Assembly (NCBI GenBank): GCA_043228905.1
Contig: JBHGNT010000005.1
Location: forward strand, 11,594,001-11,658,000
Source of the DNA: Azolla caroliniana
Lineage: Eukaryota > Plantae > Polypodiophyta
DNA length: 64,000 nt
Direction: 5' to 3'
Under the pieces are notes generated by a model. That model searched no databases. It was not told the DNA's origin and saw only the letters and a list, made by a program, of their open reading frames with translations. This document shows, in pieces, positions 35,145-48,057 of the stretch (its first letter is position 1; each line of letters opens with the position of its first letter). A program made the position numbers and the translations under genes.

Positions 35145-35502
35145 AGGAGTGATCATGAATGTATATTTGGCTATTAAGTGTAACTACATTCCACTTGTAA
35201 CAAATCGAGTAATATAAAATCATGTGTTTTGAATTCTTATGATTTCTAAAAAATCGTTTCTTATAAAATAACATTGGTTGTAAAGTTTGTGATATAAATT
35301 GAGAATGTATGTTTTTGAAATTCGTCTTTTTTTAGTTACTTCTAAATCACGAAAATAGTGGATTTTTAACCTTTTTCATAGTATGTTTGAACTTGTATGA
35401 TACTGGTATCAATGTGTTTTGTAAAATCATTGAAAAACCCCTAAAATTTCCCTTATCCTTCCATTTATGCGCGATCCTTCCACTTGTGAACGCGAACGTG
35501 TT

Positions 35503-37888
35503 AGACCTCTTGGATATCTGTTTGATCATCTATCTGGATGATCTATTGATTTATTCGAAGACCCAGGAAGAGCACGATTCTCATGTACTATTAGTACTAA
35601 AGCGACTCCACGAGAATGGTCTTTATGCCAAGCTAGAAAAATGTAGCTTTGACTGCAAGCAAGTGGAATGTAGCTTTGAAGTGCAAATTCCACGGTCGGT
35701 ACGAGATGTACAATGTTTTGTAGGTTTTGCTAACTTCTACCGTAAGTTTATACAGGATTACTCGAAGATTATTTTACCTCTGACACAACTTACGAAGAAG
35801 GGCCAAGCATTTCTTTGGTCCATCGAAGCAGATATGGCTTTTCGGCATCTTAAGAAAGCCTTTACATCAGCACCGATTCTAGCTCATGTGGATACAAGCA
35901 AACCATTCATCATGGAGGCCGACGCATCAGATTTCGCCCTCGGTAGCATCCTTTCTCAACAAGGAGATAAAGAAGAGTTGCATCCGGTGGCTTTCCATTC
36001 ACGCAAATTCGATGTCGCAGAAATCAACTACGAAATACATGACAAGGAGTTATTAGCCATCGTGGATTCATTTGTGCAATGGCGGCATTTCTTAGAGGGC
36101 TCTCCACATCAGGTCATTGTCTTTAGCGATCATAAAAATCTTGCTTATTTTCAGAACGCTCGTGTACTAAATCGACGGCAAGCTCGGTGGGCGCAATTCC
36201 TCACGCGTTTCGACTTCAAAATCACATATCGACCGGGGAAGCAGCAAGGAAAAACAGATGCACTATCATGGCGTTCATATCTTGCACCTCGTCCTGGTGA
36301 TGCAACATTTGATAATCAAAAGCAAGTAATCTTGGGACCAACACGATTGCACACGACGCGGATTTTTCACACCCCGATGGATTCACGGATTACCGATGAC
36401 ATACGTGCAACCTTGAAGACGGATAGTTTTGCTCAAGACATCCTAGTGCACATTGATACTTCTCGGGCATCCTGTTCTCAGTCTCAACAACCAGGTATTG
36501 ACTACCGACAATTCGAATATCATGATGGTTTGTTATTCTTTAAAAAGCGCGTATATGTCCCCGATTGCTCATGTCGCCTTCAAATCGTCCAACATTGTCA
36601 CGACACCCATACGGCGGGACATTTCGGTAGTACTAAGACGTTGGAGCTAGTGCAACGATCTTTTTGGTGGCCCCACATTTGTCGTTTTGTCGACGACTAC
36701 GTTCGGACCTGTGATGCTTGCTGTCGAGCAAAGATGCCACGACACCATCCATATGGCTTGTTGGAACCCTTACCGATTCCAAGTAAGCCGTGGCAGTCTA
36801 TTTGTCTTGATTTTATCACAGATTTGCCGGTCTCGAAGGGGTTCGATGCTATCCTAGCCGTCGTCGATCGATATACGAAGATGGCACATTTTGTGCCGTG
36901 TACTAAAGCCATCACTAGCGAGGAAACTGCCGCCCTTGTTATGCGTGAGGTATTTTGGCATCATGGCCTCCCAGACAGCATCATCAGTGACCGAGGACTG
37001 CAATTTGTCTCCAAATTTTGGCAGCATCTCTTCAAGATGCTCAAGGTCTCCTGCAACCTCTCCTCCGGCTACCATCCTCAGACCGACAGGCAGGTGGAAC
37101 GAACAAACCAAACGCTGGAGCAATATCTCCGGTGTTTCTTGAGTTATCAACAAGACGATTGGGCCGATATTCTCCACTTTGCGGAGTTTGCGTATAATAA
37201 TGCTATTCACTCCCCGACTCGGGTCTCCCCATTTTTCGCTTATACTGGTTTCCATCCTCGCTGGTCGGTGATCGACACCCCGGAGCTACCTACCAACCCT
37301 CGTGTCGAGGATCATTTGGAGAGGCTACGCAAGATCCAGATGGATCTCTCTACTCACCTTCGTCATGCTCAACGCACACAGAAGACTTATGCGGATCATC
37401 ATCGAATTCCCTCCTCTTTTGCCATCGGAGATCGAGTATGGCTCTTACGTCGTAACATCAAGACTACTCGACCGTGCGACAAGTTGGATTATCGATGACT
37501 CCGTCCCTTCCGTATTACGGGTAAGATTAATGATGTCACATTCCGCCTTGATCTCCCTCCGCAGCTTCAGATACATCCGGTTTTCCATTGTTCTCTTCTT
37601 GAACCTTATACAACAAACACCATTCCTGATCGTGTGACACCGCCGCTGCCCCCTTTGGAGTTGGACGCCGGCCCGGAGTATGAAGTTGCTGACATCCTCG
37701 ATTCCAAACTTGTTCGCAACAAACTTTATTACTTGGTTGATTGGCTCGGTTATAGTCCGAGCGAACGTACTTGGGAACCCGTCGAGCATGTTGCCAATGC
37801 ACAGGATCTTCTTGCTGATTTCCACCGAAAGTATCCGGACAAACCTGGTCCGCAATCAACGCTGACTCGTTCCACTCGTCGTCTTTAA
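35503..37888 (+). pseudogene. pol: Chromovirus 2 pol, 3' part (RT-RNase H-INT-chromodomain)
   Basis: IIYLDD, DASDFALG, integrase core and chromodomain YEVADILD...TWEP. Small deletion near 35670 and a stop at 37496. Confidence 0.93.
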
Positions 37889-38433
37889 GGGGGAGATAGT
37901 GTCATGATATGGCAAGACTCGAACCCATGACCTTATGCTACATGGGTCGAGCTCTTACCATTAGACTATGAATTGTAATTTGTATGATATTATTTTCATT
38001 TATGCTTTATCATAGAAAATTGATGTATATTCGAGATCTCTCTGGAACATTCTAGAAGCTTCAGGATTATTCCTAAAAACACTATAAAAGGAGGCACAAG
38101 GCATTGTTTTGAACCAAATTGGTTCAACGCCAGTCTTAAGCCTCTTAGCCGCTTGTACTTATCTTTTCACATAATATATTAGCTGCTGTCATCATCTTTC
38201 TCTCTCTCTCATCCTCGTTATCTCTCTCTCTCCTCTTCTCACTTCCTCTCTCGGGAATCTTACGCAGTCCCGTCCTCTTAGTACTAATAGTACTACTCTT
38301 CTTAGTACTAATTTCATCTCTGCTTTAGTACTATTCCTGACAACACCTTGTGTTAGGCCATTTTCCGGCCCTAGCGATAACATAGTTTTTGGTGACCACA
38401 ATTTCTGCACAAACATAGTGAACAACGGCGAGC

Positions 38434-39800
38434 ATGGATGACTAGACCAACAAATGACCCGGTTACGGAGCGAGCAAGAAGACTTGCCGAACGATTGCAA
38501 AAGCAAGAGACTTTCCAACAGGTGGTAGAAGAGATCCGGGATACGGAATCCATTCTGCAGGCCCTAGCGACAGGGGGAGGCGATTCGGAACCATTCTTGG
38601 CCTTCGAATAAGATTCAGACGGCGAATGCAGCGCCCATTCAAATTACCGTAGCAGCCACGACACCCCAGATGAACCGGAGGACGAGTAGTTGGATACCTT
38701 GCTGACATCAGAACCAGAGTTAATGGAATTGGAAGCCCCAAACCGGCAAGTGGTGGATCAACTTCTGACACCACCAGCCCGTGTTCCAACACCGGACAAC
38801 GACATGCCATTCCAATATCCCAAGTACTGGGTTGATATGGACGCAGAAGCTCATGTCTATGCATTTCTACAAACATGGGAAGCAAACCATGTGCCGCAAC
38901 GCTTGACCGCTGCCGAAGCAGAACGCTTGAAGATTGCAGAGTTCGGCATGACATTGGAAGGACCAGCCGCGCGATGGCGATTGACGCACCCTCCTGACAC
39001 CATCACCACGTTTGAAGACTTAAAAATCAGATTTTTACAGTTCTTCAACAAGGAGGTGGATCAGCGGGAGATGGTCGGCGTATTCTACACCATATGGCAG
39101 GAACCTACGGAAACCATTCAACAATTCGTAATCCAGTTCCAGCAAATGCACATCCAACTAAATCCGGCACCACCGAAAGTAGAGGCTAAAGCAATATTCC
39201 TAGCAGCACTCCGGGAACCCCTGCGTATGGTGTGCGCAGTGATTGATTTCCACACCAGCACGATCAACCAAGTCATAGAACGAGTTAGGGAGATGGAGAA
39301 AACAAGCTCATGGCTAACAATGGGGGCCCTCCAACGTACATTACCGACAGAAGACGACCTACGTTTTCAACAAGCTATACAATGCACGACTTGTCTCAAT
39401 GCCAAGCACTCGGCAATAGAATGTACCATGCGGACACAGTGCATGTTATGCCATTCCAAGGCGCACACAATGGACTGATGCGAATATAACTTGCTGAACC
39501 GGCAAGGGGCACTAGTAAGGAAAATCGAACACCGGAGTAACCGGGAGGAGGAAGAAGAACGTTGGCGGCGAGATGAGCGTTACCGGCTGGCGCAAGATGT
39601 CCGGCACAACGACAAAAAAGACGCTCACGACTGAGACCGGCAGGATAACTACCGGGATTATAACGGTGATCGATATGAGCAATACAACCGGGATCACTCC
39701 CCCGGTTACAACCAACAGAGGGAGAATCAAGGCAATTATGAAAACCGTCCCCGACAGGGTTACCGGAACAAAAAACGTTTCAACAAAAAATGGAACGTTA
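38434..39800 (+). pseudogene. gag: Gag of the pol-less element (limits approximate)
   Basis: LEGPAARW capsid motif and two knuckles (CTTCLNAKHSAIEC and CMLCHSKAHTMD*C), with stops. Confidence 0.8.
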
Positions 39801-39877
39801 GAAAGGAGGCAAGTGCCCAACCAGACCAAGGCCAAGCACCTAGAAATCGGAAATGGCTGGCAGAGAAGGAGGCATCG

Positions 39878-42123
39878 GTGGACACCTCGGGGAGACCTTT
39901 GAAAATCAAGTTGTGCCTGACGGAACAACAAGCAGAACAACAACCAGAGAAAACGCAGGGGCAGGACCCCTTGGCGGAGTTAATCAACAACAAGACCCTG
40001 GAGGAAGAACAACAGGAAGACGAGCCTATGGAGATGTTGTTACGTCGTCACCAGACAAGTGAAAAGGGCCATGAAGGGGGGACATCAAGGCCAATGGAGG
40101 ATGTTATACTGGAAGCCCTCCCTGAGGCGCCGCAACCTAGGAAGACGGTAGTATTGGCTCAACAAGAATCGGGTTGGAGCAATTGGTGCGGCAGGACATC
40201 GCGGAACCAGCGGTCCAGGACACGGTCGTACCGGTGGATCAGGAACCGGACATTGAATTGTCGGTCTCGCCGCCGCAACAGCGACATCCAGAACCAAAAT
40301 GGCTGCTCGACGTAACCGTCCATTCTAGACTCCTGGCTAGTGAAGAAGCTATCCCACGACCAGAACTGGCATGACAACAAGGCATCGGTAGTCAATGGCT
40401 ACGATGGATATCAGAACAAGTGGCCGGTGTCATCTGCCAGTTAGAAATGGAGGAGAAAACATAGGAAGACCGGTTGCTAGCCACAACCGAGGAATTAGAG
40501 ATGGCCCGGTCAAGAATCCGGAGCATGGAGGAAGACATAGAGAAGGCCAGAACAGAAATGGCCAAGTTGGTCATAGAAGGACCACAGAAATCTGAACCGG
40601 TGGTTCCAGTAACTTTACAGAACAATCAGACCCCAGTGACTGAGGTAGGCCCGGATACTCATAAAAAGTCAACACAGGAGCTTGCCACATTAAGGGAAGA
40701 CCTGGCAACACAAGAAGCTTTACAAGCCAAGGAACGAGAATTGAAAAAACTGGTGGAGGAGGAACAAAGGAGGACGGCCGACAGCCTCCGCCGAACAGAG
40801 GAAAGCTTGAGAAGAAGTCATCAAGTGTATGACCGGTTGAAAGAAGAGAGAGACAAACTCCGGCAAGAAAAAGAGAATCTCCGGCAGACGGTGGAAGTGG
40901 AGATTGAGCGCCTCAAAAAAGAGCTCTGGCAACAACAAGACCGCGAGGACTGTGCTCGTCGGCTTATCAATCAAAAGCTTAAACAAAAAACCGACGACTT
41001 CGACCGACTACACCGGGATTATAACCATTTGGATGCTGATCATAAGAAATTGATTACTGAAAGTGACCGGCAGCAGGAAAAGTGCAGGGAACTCCGGGAG
41101 GAAATTAACTGGATAACGACGACATTGATGGATGAGCAGTCGAAGGGAGTCGAAGCAGCTAAACAACTGGCGGAAGCAGCGAAAGAGTGACTGGACCTGC
41201 AAGTGAAGCACCACGCTACAATGACTCTGAACATAGTTCAGACGACCTATTAGACCCAACTCATGCACTACAAAAGCCAAGAAGTGGCAACCGCGAGCCT
41301 CATCAAACAATTGAAGGACGAAAACCAGACCGCGGGGCTGGGGCGGATCTGGGATATTGTGTTGGCATGGAGGAATCGAACGAAGAAATTAGTGGAAGAA
41401 AGCTCAGTACAGTGATGGTCTAAGTGGGATAAGCAAGCAACGGACCTACAGTTGCTACGGGCAGATGCGGAAAACCAGTGAAAAGAGGGCGACGAAGTTT
41501 ACATCCTGGATAAGGAAAGCATCGAAGTGATAATGGAAGAACTGTCGGATGATTTCATATCCTTGGCTGATGATCAGAGGATGGTGGTACGCCAGTTGGT
41601 GGCACAACTGGATGATGACCAGCTGGACAACCAACTCCGTTTCGAAAAGTACGAACGGGAATAGCGACGGAAAAAAGTGGCCAAGAAAACTGTGGCGATT
41701 AGCATTAGTGACGAAGAGCCATCTTCAGAACAAACGCCGGTTAAAGCCGGGGGAAGCCAACCAGATAGTACTCAGGAGGAGCCGCTAAAGGAAGGTCATC
41801 TGTAGGAACCACTGCACGCCGGACAGCAAAACCAGGAGATGCCAAGACTAGTAGAGCCAGAAAAGGAGGAAGAGCCGGTTAGACCAGTCAAGCCGAAAAA
41901 GGAGGAAGACCCGGTCAGACTGACAGAGCCGCAGGAAACGGACGTCAACCAGAAGCAGCCACAGTTGGAGCCGGAGCGGCAACAAGAGCAGCTGAAGGAA
42001 GAACAGAAATCGGGGCAACAACAGCAGGAGGAACAACAACAACAGTAGATGACAGAACAACTTCCCGAAGAACCATTGGAAGCCTTAGATCAAAGCATTC
42101 TGAACCTTTTGGAGGATGAATGA
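39878..42123 (+). pseudogene. Long coiled-coil ORF with an acidic tail, broken
   Basis: E/K/Q/R-rich frames (for example 40474-41190) ending ILNLLEDE*. Shares W..W..QA..L...RAD with 5329-5820. Confidence 0.65.
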
Positions 42124-42680
42124 AGTCGGATTGTGGGAATTGACGTACAAGGTACTATCCCACGGGCGTGCCATGTGTTAACCGGCTGGCAAGGAAAGTC
42201 TAGAATGGAAGAAGGGGATAATTAATAACCAGAAGCTGATTATATATATAATATAGAATTATTATGATTTTGAGAAGCGAACGGACGGACCCGGAATTGG
42301 TATGCCGATCCAGATCCGGACCGGTTTGTAGCCGGTTGCCGGTTGGAACCGGTTTATATCTAGAGCCGGAGACCTATAAAAGACCCCGATTAGATTGTAA
42401 TCATTGGCGGATAATTAATAGAGTGTTGTTGTTCTGTATCTTAATCATTGTTAATTACCGTTCTGTGCTAAGTGTAATTTATCCTACGCGTGTATTGTGA
42501 CTAATGATCTTCCCGCTTAGTAACCAATTAGGGTTTCATTAATAGTCGTTCTAACTTTATCTCACCGCAACATCCCTTTGGTGAAGTGTCTCAAAGGGAC
42601 ACTCTGTGTTAGGCCAATGTCCGGCCCTAGCGAGAACAACTGACACTACGATCCAACCTCAAGTTGACCTTGAGGGAGAG

Positions 42681-43093
42681 TGTTGAGCGGACAAGCTCAA
42701 CCGGATCGGGGTCAGCTGAATAAGCCAGAGCCGGATCGGTATCCAAAACAGAGAACCGGATAAGTATCCGGAACCATGAACCGGATCAGAGTGTAATCAG
42801 TAGGTCGTTCGAGGCCTAAGGTCTTAGCCTGTTGGAGTTAATGACAGTTGCTCGTACGAGCATTGAAGTACATGTCAGTCCTTTTAAGGACTTGTATAAA
42901 AGTGCTCACCGAGCACATTGTATGTAGAGAGTGTTATTATTTAGAATTGAGTTCACTGTTATGCTCTCTCTCACTCTCACTCTCACTCTCAGTCTCTATG
43001 TTTTGTGAAACTTCCATTAAACCTGCACATCTTATCTATCGATATTCGGTGAAGTCGGTTGTGTCTATAAAGCTTCCGCACAATATCTTTACA
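42681..43093 (+). repeat. 3' LTR of a Copia element whose 3' UTR is at about 22375-22508, 23193-23349 and 42639-42680
   Basis: AACCTCAAGTTGACCTTGAGGGAGAG|TGTTGAG matches the PPT/LTR junction at 52991-53017. Confidence 0.75.
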
Positions 43094-45408
43094 AGATACC
43101 CTCTAAGAGAGAGAAGACCCCCCCCCCCCTCCCCCCCCGGAGATTTCCAAATAGAGAGTATGTGTTGTTAACCGATGAGGGGGAGTCGGAAAGCTTTGAG
43201 GAAGCTAAGAATGATACCCACAACTGAAATTGGTTGAGTGCCATGCAAGATGAGATGGATTCCTTGCATGAGAACAACACGTATGAACTAACCAACCTAT
43301 TGAAGGGAAAGAAGGCACTTCGAAACAAGTGGGTATATACATTGAAACCAGGAGATGGTAGAAATCCTCCTAGATACAAAGCTCGAACTATCATAAAAGT
43401 CTTTCAACAGAAGAAGGGTGTAGATTTCAACGAAATATTTGTCCCGGTAGGGAAGATGACATCCATACGGATGGTGTTGACCATTGTGACCAACATGGAC
43501 TTAGAAGTCGAACAACTGGATGTCAAAACGTCTTTCTTGCATGGAGATTTAGAGGAAGAAATCTACATGCAGCAGTCGGAAGGATTCGAAGAGAAAGGTA
43601 AAGAGAACATGGTATACCTGGTATGCCGGTTGAGAAAGAGCGTATACGCACTGAAGCAGGCTCCCCGGCAATGGTACCGAAAGTTTGAATCCTTCATGGT
43701 AGAACATGGTTTCAACAAGACACAGGCCAATCATTGTGTCTTTGTTAAGAAATACGATAGAGGAGATTTTCTAATTCTTCTATTGTATGTTGATGACATG
43801 TTAATTGTTGGACAAGACCTGAAGAAAATCGGAAGCGTGAAGAAGGCCCTAAGAAAGTCATTTGTGATGAAGGATATGGGTCCAACAAACCAGAAATTGG
43901 GTATGCACATTGTCCGAGACCGGACAAAGAAGCTATTATGGTTGTCATAGGAAAACTATATGACAAAGGTGCTCCAAAGGTTCAACATGCAGAATGCGAA
44001 ACTGGTCAGTTCGACATCACCGACAAACAGTAAATTTTCTGGAAATCAATGTCCAAAGACGAAAACGGAGAAGGTTGAGGTGAGCAAGGTCCTGTACGCC
44101 TCAGTAGTGTGAAGCCTAATGTACGTGATGGTATATACTAGGCTAGACATCTGATATGCAGTCGAAGTTGACAACCAATATATGAGCAATCCCGGAAGAG
44201 AGCATTGGGTCGCGGTCAAGTGGATACTTCGGTGCCTGAGAGGCACCTCAAGCGTATCCCTTCGATTTGGCTCAGGTAACACTATATTGGAAGGTTATAT
44301 TGATTCAGATATGTTGGCTATGTGTATACCAGTTGATCCATGTCTAGATACGTAATGACTTATGTTGGGGGAGCTGTCTCATGGCAATTGAGGCTGCAGA
44401 AGGTTGTGGTGTTGTCAACCACGGAAGCTGAGTACATAGCTGTTGTAGAAGCTGACAAGGAAATAGTTTGGATGAAGGATTTCATCGGAGAGTTGTGGAT
44501 TTGGCATGAGGAATTCTGAATCTACTTCAACAACCAAAGTGCCATCCACCTTGTGAAGAATGTTGTCTACCACTCGAGGACCAAGCATATCAAGAGGAGA
44601 TAACATTGGCTCCGGGAGCGGGTAGAAGAGAAGAAGTTTGTTCTAGTGAAGGGTACACACAATGGAGAATGGGTTGGACATGCTACCGAAGGTGCTGTCA
44701 ACTAAAAAGCTAGATGCGTGTCGGACTAACAAAACACCCGATGCTAGAGTGAAGGGGGAGTTTGTTAGGTAATAGGTCCCTCCAGATGGGAAGACGAGCA
44801 CAAGTTGAAGAAAAGGGAGAACCGAATTGGTTGGCAGCAACTCGACTGAGGCTGATAGACCAAGAACGAAAAATCAAATACATTGTTTGATTCGTTCGTG
44901 CCCAAAAGTCAAATCTGAATCGATTAAGCTAATAGCCAAATCCGTTGAAGCCAACTCGGGGCTATATCTGTAAATAGAGTTAATGTACCCTTGTGAGCTA
45001 TATTTGTATATAGCCCTGAATGTTGTATTAGTATAAATACATCTAGGGCAATCATTATGTGTGATGATCATTGTTGTATAGTTGTTCAAAAGTTATAGTT
45101 GGTAATTGCCTCTATAACTAAGTGAGGGTAATAGAGTGAGAGTGAGTAACTTCTCTATAACCGTCTGCTTAGATGAAGAAGAACTCAAGGTCGGTGCCTT
45201 GCAGGTTCTTATTGTATTCCTCTTACTGATAGTGAGATAGTTTGGAGTCTATGAGCTCCCATCGTTTTTGCCCATTTCGGGTTTTCCATGTAAACATCTT
45301 GCGTCTTTGTACTTCTGTACTTCTGTTGTCTGTGTACTGTCATTGACGATCTTTGCACCCACATTCGCATACGTATCAACCGGTTGTGGCTGGAGTCAAT
45401 TCTCAACA
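43094..45408 (+). mobile_element. pol: Copia 3' half (RT-RNase H pseudogene) with PPT and 3' LTR at 44763-45408
   Basis: QLDVKTSFLHG, LLLYVDDML and STTEAEY motifs. Homologous to 57070-58700. Confidence 0.88.
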
Positions 45409-48057
45409 GGATCTTAGCTGGACCCATAGAAATTCCTTCAGAGGAGATGACATAGCCTAGATGACATAGAGATCTCAAAAAATGTCATTTGCCATCTGCT
45501 GGAAGACAATTGGCGCATTGGTGAGCTCGAATGGCTTAAGTGTATATTCAAAATGCCCATATCTGGTGCGGAAAGTTGTCTTCCACTCATCTCCCAGTTG
45601 GATCCATACAAGGTTATATGCTCCTTGTAAGTCAATCTTAGTAAAAAACTTTGCACCATTAATCCTTTCTAAACGACTTGAGTTTAGGGGAAGTGCATAC
45701 CTATTTTTGATGGTGACCTTATTCAAGCCACGGTAATCCATGGCTAGATGAAGTGATCCATCCTTTTTCTTTACAAATAAAATTGGTGTGCCAGCTGGAG
45801 ATTTCAAATGTCGAATGAACCCATTCACCAAGTTTTCATCTATGTAGGCTTGAAAAGCCTCAAGCTCGGTGGGTGACAACTTGTAGATCAGTACCCACCG
45901 TGGCTCTTTTCCTGGTTGTAAATCAATGGGGCAATCATATGGTCGATGTTGAGGAAGAGTATTAACATTTACCTTATCAAAACCATCAGCATAATGGTGA
46001 TACTTCTTTGGAAGTGAATTGTTGACTCCTTAATGATATTGGAAAGTTTCACTGATACTGCAAATAAAAACATTGGTTCCTTTTGTCCTTCTTCCCACAA
46101 TCGATGCAACAAAATGCTTGAGATTCTATGAGTGGATGCTTGAGATTGGTGATACCTGATTTCTCGCATTTTCCAATCCAGTTTGGGGTTGTGTAATTCG
46201 AACCATGGTAACCCCAAGACAATTGGATGCTCTGTTCTACTAATTATATTAAATGATATTGCACATGCGAAATTATCTAGGACAACATGAACCGTCTTCG
46301 ACTCTTTTATGATATTTCCAGAAGCAATGGGGCAACCATCAATGATTACTATGGAGGCTAGGCAAGGAAGCTTTCTTAGGGATATTTGATGAACTTGAGC
46401 AAAATTCCTATCCATGACGCTTGATTTAGCTCTGGTATCTAAGAGTGCTAAGACATGTATTGGAGGGTTGCATGTAGTACTAACTTCTACTTGAACTAAG
46501 AACACCTTGCTAACTTTCTTAGAAGGAATGGAACCACTAATGGGTTGCACAGATCCAAGGTTGTCCAACCAAACGACTCCTATTTTAGCTAGACTTAATC
46601 ATTTAACTCTTCTTCTAATTGACTGAGGACTTCAAATTTGTTTGATAAACTTAAGTACTAGGATTATCAAACACTCCTAATGAAATAGACTCGGGTTTAG
46701 TACTAGCAACTACTTGATTTACCTATTTTCTTGGCCTATGGGGACAATTTACCACAATATTCCTTGGACCATCACAATATAGATATAGGCGATTTGCTCG
46801 TCATCGTTGTTTTTCCTCTTCTGACAATGGCCCACGACGACGTGTCATGTTAATTTCCATTGGTGTTGGCGTATTTTCCAAGGACGCATTATATGAATTC
46901 TTTGGAAAAGGTATTGCTACGATTGATGTGTATGTGGGCTCCGATGTTGTCCTTGGCATTTCTAATTGTTGTTCTCAACATCGTTCAAAAAGCCGATTGT
47001 TGCATTGCACCTTTCGACTGATTGCCTCCGTGAGCGACTTTAGTTCTTCAGGGAAAGTTAGGAGTAAGTCTTTGACATCATTACGTAGGCCATACCGAAA
47101 CTAATGCATTAATGCTTGGCCTTCCCATGGGATGTCAATTGCGAGTAGACGGAAATTTGCAACATAAGCTGAGGCCGAACGATCTCTTTCATGCAGTCTT
47201 TGGATTTTCTTGATTGTTGTCCTAAGACTATCAATATCTCCAAAACATGCTTTAAACTTGCTATAAACTCCTCGTAATAATTTAGCAAAGGAGATCCTTT
47301 TTCTAACAAAGGGGCGAACGATGCTAATGTTGTACCACAAAGCAACATGCCTACTAGCCCCACTCGTGATGCATCAGTGGGATATCGAGAAGGATGCATT
47401 TGAATCACCAAGCATACTTGATTAAGGAACCCTCTGAACTATGATCGCATTCCATCAAATTTAATGGGAGTTCCAATATTGGGTTCTTTAGGAATCCCAT
47501 GAGTACTAGTTCCTTGTTGTTATAACGACATGATAGTTACTTCTAGTTGTTGCACTCGTTTAAACGCCAACTCCCCGTGTTGTTGTGTTTGTTGGTTTTC
47601 TAATGTGATTTGTTGAAGATCCCCCAACAAACGTTGATTTTCGTGTTCCAGTGCTATGAACTTTTTCTTCAGGCTCTGAAGCTCCGAAAAGACGAATTGG
47701 TATTCTTGTGTGCTTACAATTGCCATTTTAATGCTAGGGAAGGATTGATAATAAGATTAATATTAGAGGAAGGGAGGATACGAAGGCAAATTAGGTTCAA
47801 ACTATCAAGAGTAGTACTAGAGACTGAGAGGACTAGTACTAGAGATAAAGTAAAAGAAAGAGGGAATACTATCAGAATTAGTACGAGATGTAGAGAGAAG
47901 GGAGAGAGACTATGAGAGAGTCACGAGAGAGAGAGAGTGTGTGTGTGTGTAAGGGAGAAGTATATTATATGAAAAGACTACAAGGATAGCTAAGAGGCTT
48001 AAGACTGACGTTAAACCGAATTGGTTCTGAATAGTGCCATATGCGTCTATTTATAGT
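45409..48057 (-). mobile_element. Chromovirus 3, old and truncated (partial 5' LTR 47803-48057, gag 46597-47726, PR/RT)
   Basis: Homologous to gag/pol of chromovirus 1 with many stops and frameshifts. Confidence 0.88.

Larger units (their letters stand above)
26591..35502. mobile_element. TIR DNA transposon (Sola-like transposase) carrying a ParB-like/DNA amino-methyltransferase gene
   Basis: 36-bp TIRs AACACGTTCGCGTTCACAAGTGGAAGGATYGCGCAT at 26591-26626 and 35467-35502 (1 mismatch). AGAC on both flanks. Removing the insert restores RT sequence IFRD-LLDI. Confidence 0.95.
23785..38342 (+). mobile_element. Chromovirus 2 (decayed relative of 7864-13637), interrupted by the DNA transposon
   Basis: 443-bp LTRs at 23785-24227 and 37900-38342 (about 10 differences by eye), PBS 24228-24241, PPT before 37900, and gag/pol homologous to chromovirus 1. 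Confidence 0.95.
23350..42638 (+). mobile_element. Pol-less LTR retrotransposon (gag + coiled-coil ORF); its 5' LTR is split by chromovirus 2
   Basis: 5' LTR 23350-23778 plus 38343-38382, 3' LTR 42176-42638. Flanks ATTGA/ACTGA (TSD with 1 mismatch). The internal region has no RT or INT motifs. Confidence 0.85.

Noticed and set aside
35387-35502. N-terminal extension of the 703-aa pol ORF
   Set aside because: Chance read-through from the transposon right end into the interrupted RT. The same applies to the tail of 25988-26713.
38383-38410. tRNA PBS of the pol-less element (TGGTGACCAC)
   Set aside because: The position is plausible but the match is too short to assign a tRNA.
43118-43138. Poly-C tract as a regulatory G-quadruplex
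   Set aside because: Expansion of a short C run within decayed Copia coding sequence (compare about 57088); possibly a sequencing artefact.
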